A stretch of DNA of 64,000 nt from Octopus sinensis (lineage: Eukaryota). Positions 40,129 to 55,104 of this stretch are shown here, in pieces. The notes below the pieces were generated by a model. That model ran no database searches and had not been told where the DNA came from. It worked only from the letters and a program-made list of their open reading frames with translations. Each line of letters opens with the position of its first letter. Positions within the stretch are counted from its first letter, which is position 1. Location of the stretch: contig NC_043000.1 of the NCBI RefSeq assembly GCF_006345805.1, positions 141,856,001-141,920,000 on the forward strand. The letters run 5' to 3'. The position numbers and the translations under genes are program-made.

Positions 40129-42152
40129 GTTACGTGTTATAACCCTATGTTAGGATTATTCCTTTTCGAACAGTCTAATTTGTTGCATGTATATGAAAAT
40201 AATAATAACAGTACTACTAATAATAATAGCAACCTTATGATATAGAATGGTGGGGTAGAGCTATATTTTAGAGTTTAAATGGTATATGAATTCTACTGCA
40301 ACTCAGACTTTGATTTATTAGATCTTATTTCAACATCTTCTGCCTGAGTATTGATATTTTCTGGTTAGTCACATTGATGTGAAATTTTATAAGTGGAATT
40401 TCAAAATTATGTTGTGTTTATTTAATTGCCGGGTGGTGAATTAATTTTCAATTTGAAACAACAATATACAAGCTTAAACATTTTAACAAAGCACAAAAAT
40501 ATTTTCTAGTATACACACTATATCTGCCTCCATGATGGGTACATACTTGCTCCGGGATATGAGATATCAGCATCCACGAATAAACGTTTATATATGTATC
40601 AATATTTCAAGAATCTACGTAATTTACACTGGCAATAGATCACTTTATCATAAACCACCCTCTGCCTCTTTCTCTATTTCTCTCTCTACCCTTTCGCCTG
40701 AGAGACATTTTATACAACCTAGCATAGAGGATATATATTTTCCTGTAAAAATGGATATACATAATATAAATTACCTTCCTATCGACCATCTTAATGTAGA
40801 ATGAGGGCAGTATATTTTTATTGTTATCTTTCGTAATTTTACCCAAGATCTCACATCTCAACTGCTTTATAAATCAGATAGCACCAACAGAGCCAAAACA
40901 TTTTTCATCGAAAATATGTTATTCTCACATCCCTGGTGAGATCGTATGTCTACAAAACTGATATATCTGGAAGAAATTTTGTTCTCAAGATCAAAATAAT
41001 TTTTTGTGTACCCAGGTTCTGAGATGCATAGTAAACACAAACACAGACACACATACATTCACGTACACAGCCACATACACACGCACACACATGTATAGGA
41101 TATACATTATAACAATGTAGGCATATATAGGTGTGTGAGAGTGTGTGAGTGTGTCTGTGTGTCTGTGTCTGTGTATATGTACGTATATATGTATGTATAT
41201 ATCTATATATATTTCCCTTTATCGGTGATTTATAGAAACAAATGTATGAGCACGAAGAGAATATAACATATGTAATGATGATGATGATATATGTACGAAC
41301 GCTTTATTGTAAGTTCCACAAAATTGTTGTAGATCTTGTCCAGTCGAAAACTTGGTAGTTACATAATATAAATATAGAGAGCCATAACACGTCAGTGACA
41401 AAATAATTTGCAACAAGCTTTACCAAATGCACATGTAAGTGAAGTGTTGGTTCCAGGTAGTATAATATATATGAACAGCGGAATGTATGTGTTGTAAAAA
41501 AGAGATGTAAAGAGTTACTTTAATTGTTATGATTTACTGAATGTAAATAATGTCCCTATATATCCTTTGTATAACAGTATTTCTGTTTGTAAAATGACTG
41601 GACAGGGAAAATCGTTATGACACCGATGTATTGTCAAATAAAATCTTATGTACCGTTTTCATTAGAAAACTGGCAAAGGCGTACTGAGTTCCGTATTGGT
41701 CATGTTTATTGGTTTCCTAAAGGTATACATTACGACGTGTTTATAGAAAAACACCTAAACTACCATACGTTGCTTTTACAATATTTATACGAACAATCTG
41801 TTGCTCGGATAGTCCACCATTTAATTTCATTTGTATAGAAATTCTATCTGTCGAATGAGAATCGAATCTTAAAGCAGAGAGTTTAGCGACATCTATTTGA
41901 AACACATTATATTTACAATGGCAAAAATGCTATGAGGCAAACAATGCATTTTACTGGATGACTTGATTACATGTAGTTTTGCTGTTCATTTATTGGTATG
42001 AATTGTCATTTCCGGAAAATGCTGTATCAACTGATTTATATAAATTTCTGTAGATTTTTCAAATTGTGCATGGAGTTCAGATTATTACTATAATTGAATA
42101 TAAGTTTTAGCCAGTACTAATACTTTTTAAATTTTAATTGAGATACTCAGCT

Positions 42153-42194
<42 letters not shown>

Positions 42195-42267
42195 CAAGCA
42201 GAGGGGGAGAGGGAGGGAGGTATTAATTTATTGTGAATATTATTTCATTTACTTTTATTGTATAGTT

Positions 42268-42494
42268 TTTATCTTTTATCTTTTACTCTTCTATTTATTT
42301 CAGCCATTTGAATGCGGCTGTGCTGGAGCACCACCTTTAGTCGAGAAAATTTACCCCAGGACTTATGTTTTGGAAGCCTAGTACTTATTTCATCGATCTC
42401 TTTTGCCGAACCGCTAAGTTACGGGGATGTAAACACGCCACCATCGGTTGTCAAGCGATGTTGGGGGGGGGCAAACACAGACACACAAACACAT

Positions 42495-42527
<33 letters not shown>

Positions 42528-42700
42528 CATATATATACGATAGGCTTCTTTCAATTTCTGTCTACCAAATCCACTCACAAGGCTTTGGTAGGCCCGAGGC
42601 TATAGTAGAAGGCACTTTCCCAAGGTGCCACGCAGTGGGACTGAACCCGGAACCATGTGGTTGGTAAGCAAGCTACTTACTACACACCCACTCCTGCGCC
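42268..42700 (-). mobile_element. SINE family A
   Basis: Reverse-complement match to 5750-6163. Confidence 0.9.
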
Positions 42701-43271
42701 TATAATGTTGATGGATATTTCTACTTTAAGTAACTTTTTGGGAATGGGATTTTACATGTAAAATATTGCTTATAACGAAATGAAAGAATATGGGAAGTGG
42801 ATTGTCGATTGTGGAAACGACAACCCATGGTATATATACAATTGTCCATTAATAAGAATGATACATCTGTTAGTTACAATTTCTCCGTTACTACTGATTG
42901 TAACTATATTTTACAGAAGAAGACTACGGCAACATAAAATTAGTATCTCATAAAGTGACAATATCAATCCAGTGAAAGTCACCTCTGTTTCAAACCATGG
43001 GGATCTCCAACAAGACTGAAAGGTCACTTTAGAGGTCATGGACGGAAAGCCACAAATAGCATTGACACAGAGTAAGCAACCTGGTGTGAAAGCGGAACAA
43101 TGTCTCGTACTGATACGTGTGTGCGCACGCGCATGTGTGTGTGTATGTGTGCGTGTAGGTGTATGTGTGCGTGTGTGTGTATGTGTTGGTGCGTGCGTAC
43201 ATGTGTGTGTGTATGTGTGCTGGTGCGTGCGTATGCGCGTGCAGGATGTGTGTGTATGTGTGCTTGTGGGG

Positions 43272-43535
43272 GGGGGCATGGCTGTAGTTAGAGTGTCGAG
43301 CTTACAATTATGAGGTTGTGAGTTCGACTCCCGGAGCGGGCTTTGGGTTGTGTTCTTGATCTAGACACTCTACTTCACCTTGCTTCAGTTCAGCTGTAAA
43401 AATGAGTTTCGACGTCACTGGTGCCAAGCTGTGTTGGTCTCTCCTTTCCCTTGGACGACATCGTTGATGTGGTGAAGGGAGATTGGTATGCATGGGCGCC
43501 GGCTGCAGGTCTTCCGCAAACAACATTGTCCAGAT
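43272..43535 (+). mobile_element. SINE family C
   Basis: Matches 10280-10550. Confidence 0.85.
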
Positions 43536-43730
43536 GGATAATTATACATTTGTGCATATAATTTAATGTCCAATGTATTTAAATAGGAACGAATAATAAC
43601 AGTTACATGTTACAGAGACACGATTATTTAGCAGAATTATGTTGCCTGCCTTGTATCTCCAAGCGCAATGCATGAGCCTCAAAGATTGGTTGGGGACGGA
43701 GGGGTGACTGTGTTTTCGTTTGTATATGTG

Positions 43731-43768
<38 letters not shown>

Positions 43769-43809
43769 TGTGTGTGTGTGTGTGTATTTGTGAGGGAGAG
43801 AGAGAAGGT

Positions 43810-44000
43810 GGAGTTTAATATTTGTCGCCCAGCACGGCTTGACAAACACTTTTTACTTGTTTACATCCCCGTAAACTAGTATTTCGACACAGGGGAACAG
43901 TAAAATAGATACCGGAATCGATTTGTTCGATTAAAATCTGTTCATGACGGTATCCCAGCATGGTCAGAGCCAATTGATTGAAACGAATAAGAGACGAATA
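43810..44000 (+). mobile_element. SINE family A, degenerate 3' half
   Basis: Matches 5960-6140. Confidence 0.65.
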
Positions 44001-44603
44001 ATATTATTATTGTCAAATTCAGTTATATGTTGTTTATGCACGGAATGAGGAATATAAAATGCTTAAAAGTAGGTATATCGTTGACTAGATATTTAAATGC
44101 TTTGGACATTTGATGCTGCTTAGTTCATTCACAAATAAAGGTGTAATAAAATGTACTTTAGTGTTTCAGTTTTCTCAATAAAATAGCATATATTAACGGA
44201 GCAATATTTTTAAAAGACGTTGAGAACTGAGTGCATTCACATCTATTAGAGATGTAATATTTGATAATCAAATTTGAGAAGGAACCAAGTTCATTGCAGT
44301 ATAAATTGTAGTTATATACAGTTTCCGGTAAACATGCCCTGAAACGTAGTTGCTGGAGTTGAACGCTGTGTTTTCTGCTGGGTCCGGAAAGAAAAATGGC
44401 CCTGATGAGTTTCACAGTTTTTACTCGAGATCTTCAACTGGAGATGGAAACTCATTTTCCTGACCACAAAAAACAAAACGAAAGTAACCTGTAACATTTT
44501 ATCGTTATATACAAATACCTATGGAAGTAAATGGAACTTGGATTTAGATACTGCTCTTCAGTGTTGGAAAACATATAAGATATTATCTTCCTCAAGCATG
44601 ACC

Positions 44604-45002
44604 AATCTGCCACATTCCATTTCCTTATTGTCCAACTAGTTATAGTGGATTTAAGATCATTCTGGAGAGCCTCACATCCTGTGAATTTTGACAGGTTTTT
44701 ATTTGTTTTCTCTGTTTCTGGTATCCATACTATTATCGTGTATGTATACCAAGCATCAAGGAAGCACAGACCATAACCTTCACGGCGAAGCCGATGCAAA
44801 GACTAATCTGCCACAGTCCATTTCTTTATTGTCCAACTAGTTATAGTGGATTTAAGATCCTTCTGGAGAGTCTCACATCCTGTGAACTTTGACAGGTTTT
44901 TATTTGTTTTCTCTGTTTCTGGTATCCATACTATTATCGTGTATGTATATCAAGCATCAAGAAGGCACAAACCATAACCTTCACGGCCAAGCCGATGCAA
45001 AG
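44604..45002. repeat. Tandem duplication, period 201 bp
   Basis: 44604-44801 is repeated at 44805-45002 with scattered substitutions. Confidence 0.95.
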
Positions 45003-47519
45003 TTATGGTTATTTGCAGTGAATACAATTTGCTTTGCAGAAGGATTTCCATAAATATAATTCTATCCTAGCAGATCATCTGAGGTCCTTCAAAAGGCATT
45101 TTCAGTGGCATGAATCCAATATTTTAATCCCCGTCACTGGTATCTTCCATGCTTCACTGTCACACAGAAGAACAGGTCGAATGTATGATTGATATAAATT
45201 TCTCTACCATAAACTGCTTAACATAAAGCGCGTGTTATTTTTAGTTTATTTCTTAATCCTAGAGCGCATATATAAACAATAGTATGGTTGTGCGGTTACG
45301 TAGCTTGCTTCACAACCACGTTATCGCTCCGAGTTAGATACCATTGCATACCATTCGCAACATGCTTTCAACGTTATATTTGGATGATGTCCCGTACATT
45401 CAAAGTGGCCGATTATTCTAGGAAACTGAATATCTTTCAGGTAATCAACAAACAGAATCATCACGACTCAACACACAGTTTCTTTCGAAATACTGGCACT
45501 CCTACCGACGACCATCCACATCATTTCCTTAAAGCAAATTTGTTATCCAGTTTTGTATATCGACACTAAATTATGGTAAAAGAAATTTGTCCAACGTATT
45601 GCAATGTGAGATCGAAGCAGAGCCCACTTGAATGAAAAGCGAATTTCTTAAACATTTGACATAGCTTTGTAGTTATAAACATATTCATAGTCGCAAACCC
45701 ACACCACGTACGTACATACATACACACATACATACATAAATGCATACAGGCAGACAGGCAGACAGACAGATACTCAGACCGGGGCACAGATCTACTCATA
45801 TACGTGTGCGCGTGCTTACGCGTGTGCGTATCACATTAGTATAGCTTAACATGTCATACACTGCAATGCTAGCAATATAGATATCTATGATTCTGTGAAC
45901 CGACACGATGATTATTACATCTCCCAGCAGAAATTATTAAGCAAATCAAACTAGATTCAAATCACAAGCAATCATATTACTAACAGTCGGTTATCAGATA
46001 ACTCAAGCAAAATATTATTATGCAAAGATATAATTATAAGATCTGGTGAAATTTGTTTTGTGCCTAATTTTCTTTCTTTCCAACATAATAATCATTCTTC
46101 CTTTAGAATGAGAAATATAGGAAAACAATATTTTTTCATGAGAAATAATAATGGCAATAATACACATGACACCAAAATACTTCTGAAATACTTATCAATT
46201 ACTGCGATGTCAATGAATGTTAACTAAAATCAAATTGTAACATTCGCTCTTTTACTTATTGTTTAGTTGTGCTCTGTTGTTCGGAAATTTCAACTGTCAA
46301 CAAACCTCACAACCAAGGGCTTGATATGTTGTCTTATGAAGTACATTTTGCATTATCTTCTAAGTACTCACGATGGTGTTCACAGGTCTCAACCGCTCTA
46401 TAGACACCCAGTTCCAGGAGTCATCATTTGGGCCAATCTGACATACTGTCATATCAAAATTAACATTGTTTTTCTAACACCCGAAAATTTGTAAGCAACT
46501 CACACTTTCAGCATCTCATGTATTACAGTCGACTGTAAATTGTAAAGTTTAGATATGTAATCGTAGTCAACAGCAACGACATTCTTAGTGAGACTAAAGA
46601 TATGGATGAGGAGAAACCAAACAGGTTATTCTGGATAGTTTTGATCCTTGGGTAATGAGACATTACGAAAAGCAAAATTACATAACCTAGTGCACTAACA
46701 TCGTACATGCCACGTTTTTACCTCGAGATAGGCACAGAGTGAGCGCCATAACGTATTTCAAGCAGATGTTTCGTGCCGAAGGTTACCTGACTTGTAAAGT
46801 TAAGTCAATCAATTGTCGTTGCGTTCAAAAAGGATGTACGTATCATTAAGCCAAATTGGATGGATCGTCATGCAACCCTCTTTTTCTGAGAATATTGTCT
46901 TCGTGTCATCTGTTTATTATGAAAGTCGGAGCAGGATGCATAACGAATAGGATTGGAAATGTTGAAGAACAATACGCTCATCATCAGCTTTAAAAGTCGC
47001 CCACTTCTTCAAACAATATTTGGTGATGAAGCTGTGCGCCAAAAAATTAATGGACGGCCCAAATGTATGTACCTTCATTCCGTTTGTACCTATAGGCTGA
47101 TGAACACAGGAATGAGCAAGAATTTCAGGTTAATCAAGTAAAGATTATCTAGTAACATTAAGCATGAAGCTGTGAGGATTCCATGCTTGATACTTATATC
47201 TTCCTTCATATAATGTCTCGTTCATTTCCCTTCTGTTTCATATAGTTTCTTTATCTCATTTCATCTCACCAAAACATCCTTCATTTGTGTAATTAGTCTT
47301 TATAATCTCCTGGTCATCGTTGACACCGTGGCAAATACATGGCTTGTTATTATTCGCTTTGGCCAATGTTACACCGATTCTATACCAAAAGAGCGAGCTA
47401 TATCCAATGACCAAGGTATTTTGGGTAATTCCTTCAACTTCAACTTTCTAACAAACTTTTTAGAAACCTTGTTTCTCTAACGAGGTTGTTTTCTGCAACA
47501 ACGCTATTCTAATAGTAAT

Positions 47520-48070
47520 TCCTAGGTTCTAAAGCCTTGCATCCTACCTTTTCCTAACTGCTCCCAGCGATCCAACAATAATCGGTACCACTTCTACGTG
47601 CCTGATTCTTTCTAGTTTCCTAATCACGAAACTCAGATATTTCCCCACTTTTTCAATGTTCTACTCATTTACCCTGTGGTCCCACAATAATTGCTTTGCA
47701 GTAATACCCACAATAATTGCTTTGTTCTTTTTTACGACTACATTGTCAGTTTTTCTAACCCAGAATAAAACGGTTGCACTGTACGTTCATGTGCCACGTG
47801 ATCTTATATTGTTCGTTTCCTGCAACCCTTTTCGTTGGTGCTCGTACCATAACTCACTTCTGCATAAGGCAGAGCTTCCAGTGAACCAATCTGGTGATGT
47901 TATCGTGACTTGTCTTTTACCTTTTTTTGTGACAGCACCTTACAATCAGCAATTAAGCCATTCATCATCATCACCATCATCATCATCACCATCACCATCA
48001 CCATCACCATCATCATCATCTTCATCATCATCGTCGTGGTCGTCATCATCGTCATCATCATCATCATCAT

Positions 48071-48105
<35 letters not shown>

Positions 48106-49377
48106 CCATCGTCGTCGTCATCATGATTTATTCCTTTCATCCCAGGTTTCGTTATAACTCCTGGAGTCTAATGCTTCCATGATCATTCTAGCCGTGGCAA
48201 GGATGCAATTCTTTTCTAATATTTCTAACGGTAACTCTATTTTTACTTTCTTTATATTCATCTTGATGCCTTCTGATACTGTTCCCCAAGGACCCAACAA
48301 TAAGTGGGACTATCTTCACCTCCTTCATTTTCCATAGCCAGGCTATTACGTACTTAAGAGGGTTGTATATATCAAAAGCATGAGTTATAATACTATTCCA
48401 CAGTCATACCAACAATCCAAGAATACTAATCCACATATATAAAAACAGCCATACAAACGATCAAATATACCTCCATCATATAATCCTTACCGTCTTCCGT
48501 AGTATAATATAGAAGTAAGTTTACGAAACCACATTATTTCAATCAAACAACATATAGGCGGGATTAAACATTAACCTTATTAAAACTACAAGAGACATTT
48601 AAACCAATCTACATTGTATCGGTATTTATAGTAAACTACAGTAACTAAATTATATACTAAATTGCGATCAATTTTTAAGTTCATATAAATAATAATCCCA
48701 CCGGTCTTCCATAGATACTACTATAATGAAAGTTCAATATAATTTTTTTGGCAAAACAAAACACGATTTAAATTAATTCAACTAATATTTTTATGAGTGA
48801 AATACATTATTTTATCATTCAAAAGTTAATAATAAAACACTACATGCTCATTAATATATCATTACTACAGGATATAATATTAGATTACCAGTGACTAACA
48901 TACACTTAAATTTCATTAAATAGGAACTAATAAAAGTACTTGTAATCAACTACTATTATAAATCTTGCTATGTTTAAAGCTAATCAAACTGTTTCAAAGA
49001 TAATAAAACTGTTTAAAGCTACTAGGTCTAGGCTGTTACGTCCTAGCACATGATCTGTTTGGATTGAGAAATCCCGCCGGATTTCTGATCGTCCCACATC
49101 TTGCCTCTCTCTAGCCCCATTTTTCGCGGAGTTTCCAATGTAGTACTTTCGCTGCCTGGTCGTGTCATTACAATGTGTAGTAGGATTGGGCAAGTCTAGA
49201 GCATTCAGTTCCGATATGAGCAATGATTTCACCCACTCTATCACAGATACGTCACTGCAGTGGAACTTGCTCATTCCTAAGATTGACCACCAATTTGTTA
49301 CCAATGCTTGCTCTAGCGCTGCCAGTATAGTGCTCGCAGTCACTTTTTCCAGTGTGTCTTTCTTTAGCCAATCCCAC
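47520..49377 (-). mobile_element. R4/Dong-type fragments (47520-47940, 48130-48370, 49010-49377) around (CAT)n
   Basis: VVPIIVGSLG; WDWLKKDTLEKVTASTILAALEQAL; RICDRVGEIIAHIGTEC..HDQAAKVLHWKL; DFSIQTD. Confidence 0.8.
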
Positions 49378-49399
49378 TAATATTTTCCAGTTGTGGCTA

Positions 49400-50290
49400 C
49401 ATGCAGTTGATTGTCTAATCCCTTAGTGGGTTGGCCAGGTGAAACAATAGAAAAAGTATCAGGTTGTAAAAAATAAGTATTTAAGTCGAATTGTTTTTCG
49501 AAACACAAGATGGTTCTCCAATATCGCTGCAGTCGAATATTTGAAGCATAATAATGAAACATCGACCTCAAGAGCGACTACATCACAGCAACAAAAAAAA
49601 GCCTCAAAACAATAATAAGAATATCAACAAAACAATAAACAACCCAGATATCCACAAAACAAGCTCCATACCACCTCGGACCATGCAGACAAGCAGATGA
49701 TAAAAGGTTAGTGGAAAACCTCAAATGACAGCAACTGACCAATAGAAAGGAATGGAAATAAAAACAAAGTATTGTAGAAAAACGCAGTTGGTGGTTTAAA
49801 CAAATATGGAAGACTTTTGGCAACAATGCTCTAATAGCGCCACCATCACCACCACAAGCAGCCATGCAAGTCATATCAGCATCATTATCATCGTCGTTAC
49901 CACCAGCAACACCACCAATATTGCAAATAACACAAACAAATTCACTCACAAAAACAGCCGGGATATAACCACGAAAACATTCAAAACCAACGGATTTAGA
50001 AGCTACAAAGCGATTGACAAAGTGCAACAAGAAATTCTATATTGTATTTTTTGCTGTATTTCTCTTGAGAAATAAACCATTTTGAGAAGCCTCAGTATCT
50101 TTAAAAGTACATGTTATTCAGGAGAACTGATCATTCAATCATTTTGTGACTGCAATTAAACCAACATTACTATAGACTATAGACTCAAGTATACTATGCG
50201 CTGATGAGGTGATATTAAAACCCAAACACGTCTATTACTTATTCCCTGTACAGTACAAAATTAACAGATATGTGTGTATTTATTGCGACA
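49400..50290 (+). mobile_element. Degenerate PLE 3' region with hammerhead-like motif
   Basis: C..C..EK-like tail; CTGATGA-ggt..acc-CAAA at 50201. Confidence 0.35.
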
Positions 50291-50794
50291 GCATACACAC
50301 ATCCACACAGACATATACTCATATATTATTAGTATACATGCATTTATAAAGTTACCCCCATATACAAAGATACGTAGATACTGCCAATATTCACATGATG
50401 TGTGAGCAAATTTCTATGCTTCCTTATTTAAAGAGGGCTTGTAGTGGACCATGATTGTAAGGTTTCTATATAACAGACGCCGATGTTCATTCGAGGGGAA
50501 GAGCACTCATGGGAATTAATGCGTATTATTATGACTGTGGTCGAAGCGTTGATTTATAAATGCATTTAGCTGGAAAATATATTTACCAACACATCTAATA
50601 CAATCGTTCACAGAGCTGCTACGCGTCCGCAGACCTTGTTTTGTCAGTCTAACCGACACCGAATGTTTGAAATGCAAGGTTGACTGTGTCTGAATCGAAA
50701 CTCATTCCACAAAGGGTCGGAAAAAATACTCGACACATTCTACTCAGCATTTTAACGCTCTACCAATTCGACTTATCAATATATACACATGTAT

Positions 50795-50898
<104 letters not shown>

Positions 50899-51138
50899 CA
50901 AACTATCTACCTATAAATATATATTTGTGTACACACATAAGCTTATTTACATATCTATACATGTATATATGCATAATATATAAGTATATCTATATGCTAA
51001 TTTATAACGAAATAACATCCCTTCTCAAAACCGTCGGATAGGAAAGTGTACTACATTTAATGCTAACATGATTAATGCTTCCCCTAGTGCAAACACAAGA
51101 GCGTCTACAACTGATACATTCATTACTCACACCTGTAG

Positions 51139-51490
51139 TAGCGACGGAGTGTCACGGTAGAGTTTCTACTAATTCCACCTCTAATTCTAAAACTCCTGCT
51201 AAAACTCGTACTGACGCAACTACAAATGAAGATGATACGGGCACTACCACAACGACTACCATTGGTGCAAACGTTACTGTTATTACTTCTGTTACGACGT
51301 TTCCTAAGCAGATACCATCTAGCTACACGAAGAAGCAAGACAGTATTTCCATGACTTAAACTATTATTAGTAGTAATAAGGTCAATCAGCCACTACTAAG
51401 AGAACATTAAAAGAAAACAATTGGATATTTCCAAACTGCTATCATGAAAGATCATACTAATTTAATTCAATTTATTTCCCCATTTTCTTA
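51139..51490 (+). pseudogene. Thr/Ser-rich (mucin-like) exon candidate
   Basis: ctgtag|..STNSTSNSKTPAKTRTDATT..TTTTTT..; non-microsatellite ACN-rich frame with stops; gtaagt at 51491. Confidence 0.25.
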
Positions 51491-51652
51491 GTAAGTAACT
51501 ATACTAACCTTAGCATTGAAACCGGTAGCTTAATTCAATAGTAGTGTAATTATTTTCCTCAATTTTTCATAATTAAGTTCACAAAGCCCTACTCTTCTTT
51601 TAAAACAAATTTACTCGTGTGCATTCACTTGGTTCTTTCAGTATTTTTACGC

Positions 51653-51704
<52 letters not shown>

Positions 51705-52021
51705 AGATTAGCTCGTATACGAGTGGGTATATATTTGTAAAAAATGAAGTTTGAAAATGCTGCTATATTAGACAAATTTTAAGTTAACATTTTTCGGTTC
51801 TTGAAATGACAAACCTTATCAAAAAAATTTTTTTTATATATAATAAAGAGAGTCCATGCTATATGTTTAAAGAGTATGATGTAATAGTTCATAATTGTGA
51901 CATACAATCAATAGAGTCAAATATAAAAAATTCATGTTCTTGAAAAGGCGAGGAGTTCATTTTAGATTTTACCTTGTGTTCCAATGGGAGCAACAGTAAT
52001 GATATTTGGTCGGTGTCTGCT

Positions 52022-52057
<36 letters not shown>

Positions 52058-52059
<2 letters not shown>

Positions 52060-52364
52060 AATTATGGGGGTTTAGTTCAGAGGATTTATGCCCTTGTTTC
52101 CCCAATATCGGAAATTTGAACTATGTACGTTTATGATTCTTTTTCTTCTCTCTCTCTCTTAATCTTCTTATTCTCATACTTCCTTCCTCTATGTCGTCAT
52201 TCCATTAATATATACCCTTCTCATTTTCCCTATTTTCCCTATTTGTTTCTGATGTCGGAATATTCCATATTCGGGGATATCCCAGAAACAGCTGTAAGAT
52301 TTGAATATTTTTCCAATAATAATATTGAGATGTCTACCTTGCCTTAACGTTTGTAGTCCTCTTT

Positions 52365-52373
<9 letters not shown>
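52058..52373 (+). mobile_element. PLE pLTR with hammerhead-like motif
   Basis: CTGATGT..GAAA-cagctg-TA, with a palindromic stem III. Confidence 0.6.
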
Positions 52374-52434
<61 letters not shown>

Positions 52435-53181
52435 ATACGTGTGTATACGTACATTTGTGCGTGTGTGTTTGTGAGCGTGCGTATGCCTGCGTGCATGTGG
52501 GATTGTACGTACGTGCTCGCGAGTGAGTGTAAGTGTGAGCTTGTGTGTGTGTGTGTATAGCTTGGAGAGTAAATTTCAGAGTAGTGAAGAGAAGGTGCTC
52601 ATTAATAGTTGGATGCTGAACAAAGTGTTTTGTGGTTGGGACACTTTATGTAATTTGGTAAAATATTATTGAAATGCTTTTTAGTTTTCATCCTTCCAAA
52701 TTTAAAATATCATCAAGCTCTCTAGCTCTGATTTAGAAGGTCCCTATTTTTTCTCCATAAACATATACTTGCTACAAGGATTTTTTTTCATTTTGTACAA
52801 GAACATCAGCGGTAGCAACATTAGCATGCAATCAGTAAATTCGATTTCATTTTACTGGAATCGATAACTGTTTAAAACATTGAGGACGAAATTATCGACT
52901 ACGAACTTTCCTATCACCAATAGACAAAACTAAATAAAGCCGTGTTCTCAAGTTAGAAATCTTTATTATCTGTGTATATCTACAGAACTGGCAATGAAAC
53001 AGCACTGAATTATTTGCTCATCTACCACTACCTTTTGAATTCAAATTCTTTTAACATCATCATCGCTTTCCATCCATCCGGGATAGATAAGACAATGCGT
53101 CGATCGAATTAAGTCGATATGATTGATTGTTCCTTCAATCAGAATTCGAGAAAATGGAGGTCATGTATACATACTGAAAAT

Positions 53182-53362
<181 letters not shown>

Positions 53363-53364
53363 AA

Positions 53365-53845
53365 GGTATCACATTTTCGACCTATAATCTGTTTATATGA
53401 CCGGTGTCTTGGCTGAAAATTTATATAAACATCTAGAAAGTAACAATAAATTTCCAGAAGAACAGCAAAGATGTAGGAAACAAAATAGGGCAACAGAAGA
53501 CCACTTATTAATTGATAAAATGATAATTATAATGTGTAGACACGGATTGAGAGGATTGAAGGATTGAATGTAGCATGGATGGATTACGAAAAAAGCATAA
53601 AATACAGTACCACGCAGATGGATAAGTAAATCAATTAGCATATTTGGAGTGGCAACAAATATGAAAGTATAGTTAATGAAAATATAAATTATTGGAATGC
53701 TGTATTGAATGGAGGAAAACAAAAACTGCGGAGAGAGAGCGTCAGGCGTGGTACACTTCAAGGTGATAGCTTATCTCCCTTTGTATTGGCTATGATATTC
53801 AGTTTACGGAAAGTAAAACTAGCTTATGATTTGGGAAAGGGATGT
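53365..53845 (+). mobile_element. R4/Dong-type RT fragment
   Basis: FRPIICL, PEEQQRCRK, DHLLIDK, AWMDYEK, RRGTLQGDSLSP. Confidence 0.85.
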
Positions 53846-54176
53846 GTATACTTCAAGAGTGTGAGTATAGATTGAAGTATTTCATTGGGTGTGGTTTAAG
53901 CTGCCTCCTAAGTCTTTTAGAAATCGAAACCCAATTATCTTTAATCATTCTCGCATGAATCCTGAAATGGCACAGCGCCAGCACTCTATAAACTCTACTA
54001 AATCTATATATACAAAGAATATTGATTACTAATGGGAAATCCTTCAAACAACTGCAAAATACATGTTTACTTCTAAGTCTGCTTTACCCAAAACAACTCT
54101 AAAAATCTTGTCTGATCAAACCGGAAAAAGATTTCCAAAATACTTCAATCTACACTCACACCCTAGAAGTATACGT
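53845..54176 (-). mobile_element. PLE GIY-YIG tail fragment with terminal inverted repeat
   Basis: About 53846-53882 is inverted at about 54139-54175; HARMIKDNW-type tail. Confidence 0.45.
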
Positions 54177-55104
54177 TGTTTCGTCCAGCAACCGTCCAGC
54201 ACAGTCATTTTGCCTTTATTCCGACAATCTTATTTGTATCACATCTGATTTTCATGCACATCACTCCACTCAAATATATCGCTCCCTCTACACTTGAGAA
54301 AAGCATCTAATGTAGATCTTAAAAGGCGGAGGTTATTTCATTTTGTGCATCGCGTATTCAGTTATTGTTATAGCATAATAATTACAGACACAGCAAAGTT
54401 CAGAACACCATAGCAAAAAACTATGATACGATGCTTTGGATCTATAATGCAAGAATTACATTGAATGTTCTTCGAAGGTGTCGTGAACACACACACACAC
54501 ACACACCCATATATATATATATATATATATACATACACGCATATGTATGTGTCTATGTATCAATGACATTCCCAGTATAATATTTATGAATGCTCAAATA
54601 TAAATCATATCAACTCGTAGAAATCAATTGTTTCTGAATTTTTAATGTATATCATTTTGAGATGTACTTTCAGAGGAACTTATTCTGTGGCAAGGACACG
54701 CGCATATATATATAACAAAAGTGTGTGTGTAGACATATTTGTTCACACACTCACACACACATACAGGCACACTGTCCCACTAAACTATACACATATAATT
54801 ATTTGTACTTCATTTTACACAAATATATATGAATATATGATTATATATTGCACTAGTTTTGCATATGCTTGCAAATGTGTGCGTGTACGTGTGTATGTAT
54901 ATGTGTGAGTATTCGAAATTGCTTATGTAGTAGCTTGGAAACTATAGTTAAATTATGTATGCAGTTGTATTCAACTGTATCTGTAAATATCTGGGTATAT
55001 GCGTATGTATGTTTGATTTATGTACTTTTTACGTTCATTGCTTACGTATTATTATAAATATCATTGCTATAAATTTAATAAAGTATACGCTATTGTTACT
55101 TTAG

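Larger units (their letters stand above)
41333..46700 (+). pseudogene. FN3 exon remnants (41333-41456, 41578-41722, 42917-43071, 46267-46490, 46529-~46700)
   Basis: PVENLVVT../RAITRQ*Q; VTISIQ*KSP/NHGDLQQD*KVTL|gtaagc; KPHNQGLDMLSYEVH/TMVFTGL/FLTPEN|gtaagc; STATTFLVR/KPN/VILDSF. The FN3 Trp is read as TGA twice. Confidence 0.55.

Noticed and set aside
49150-49377. HEAT/importin-like reading LVVNLRNEQVPLQ*RICD
   Set aside because: Adjacent frames give the R4/Dong W.WL..AAQ.QAL and CCHC motifs, so it is retrotransposon sequence.
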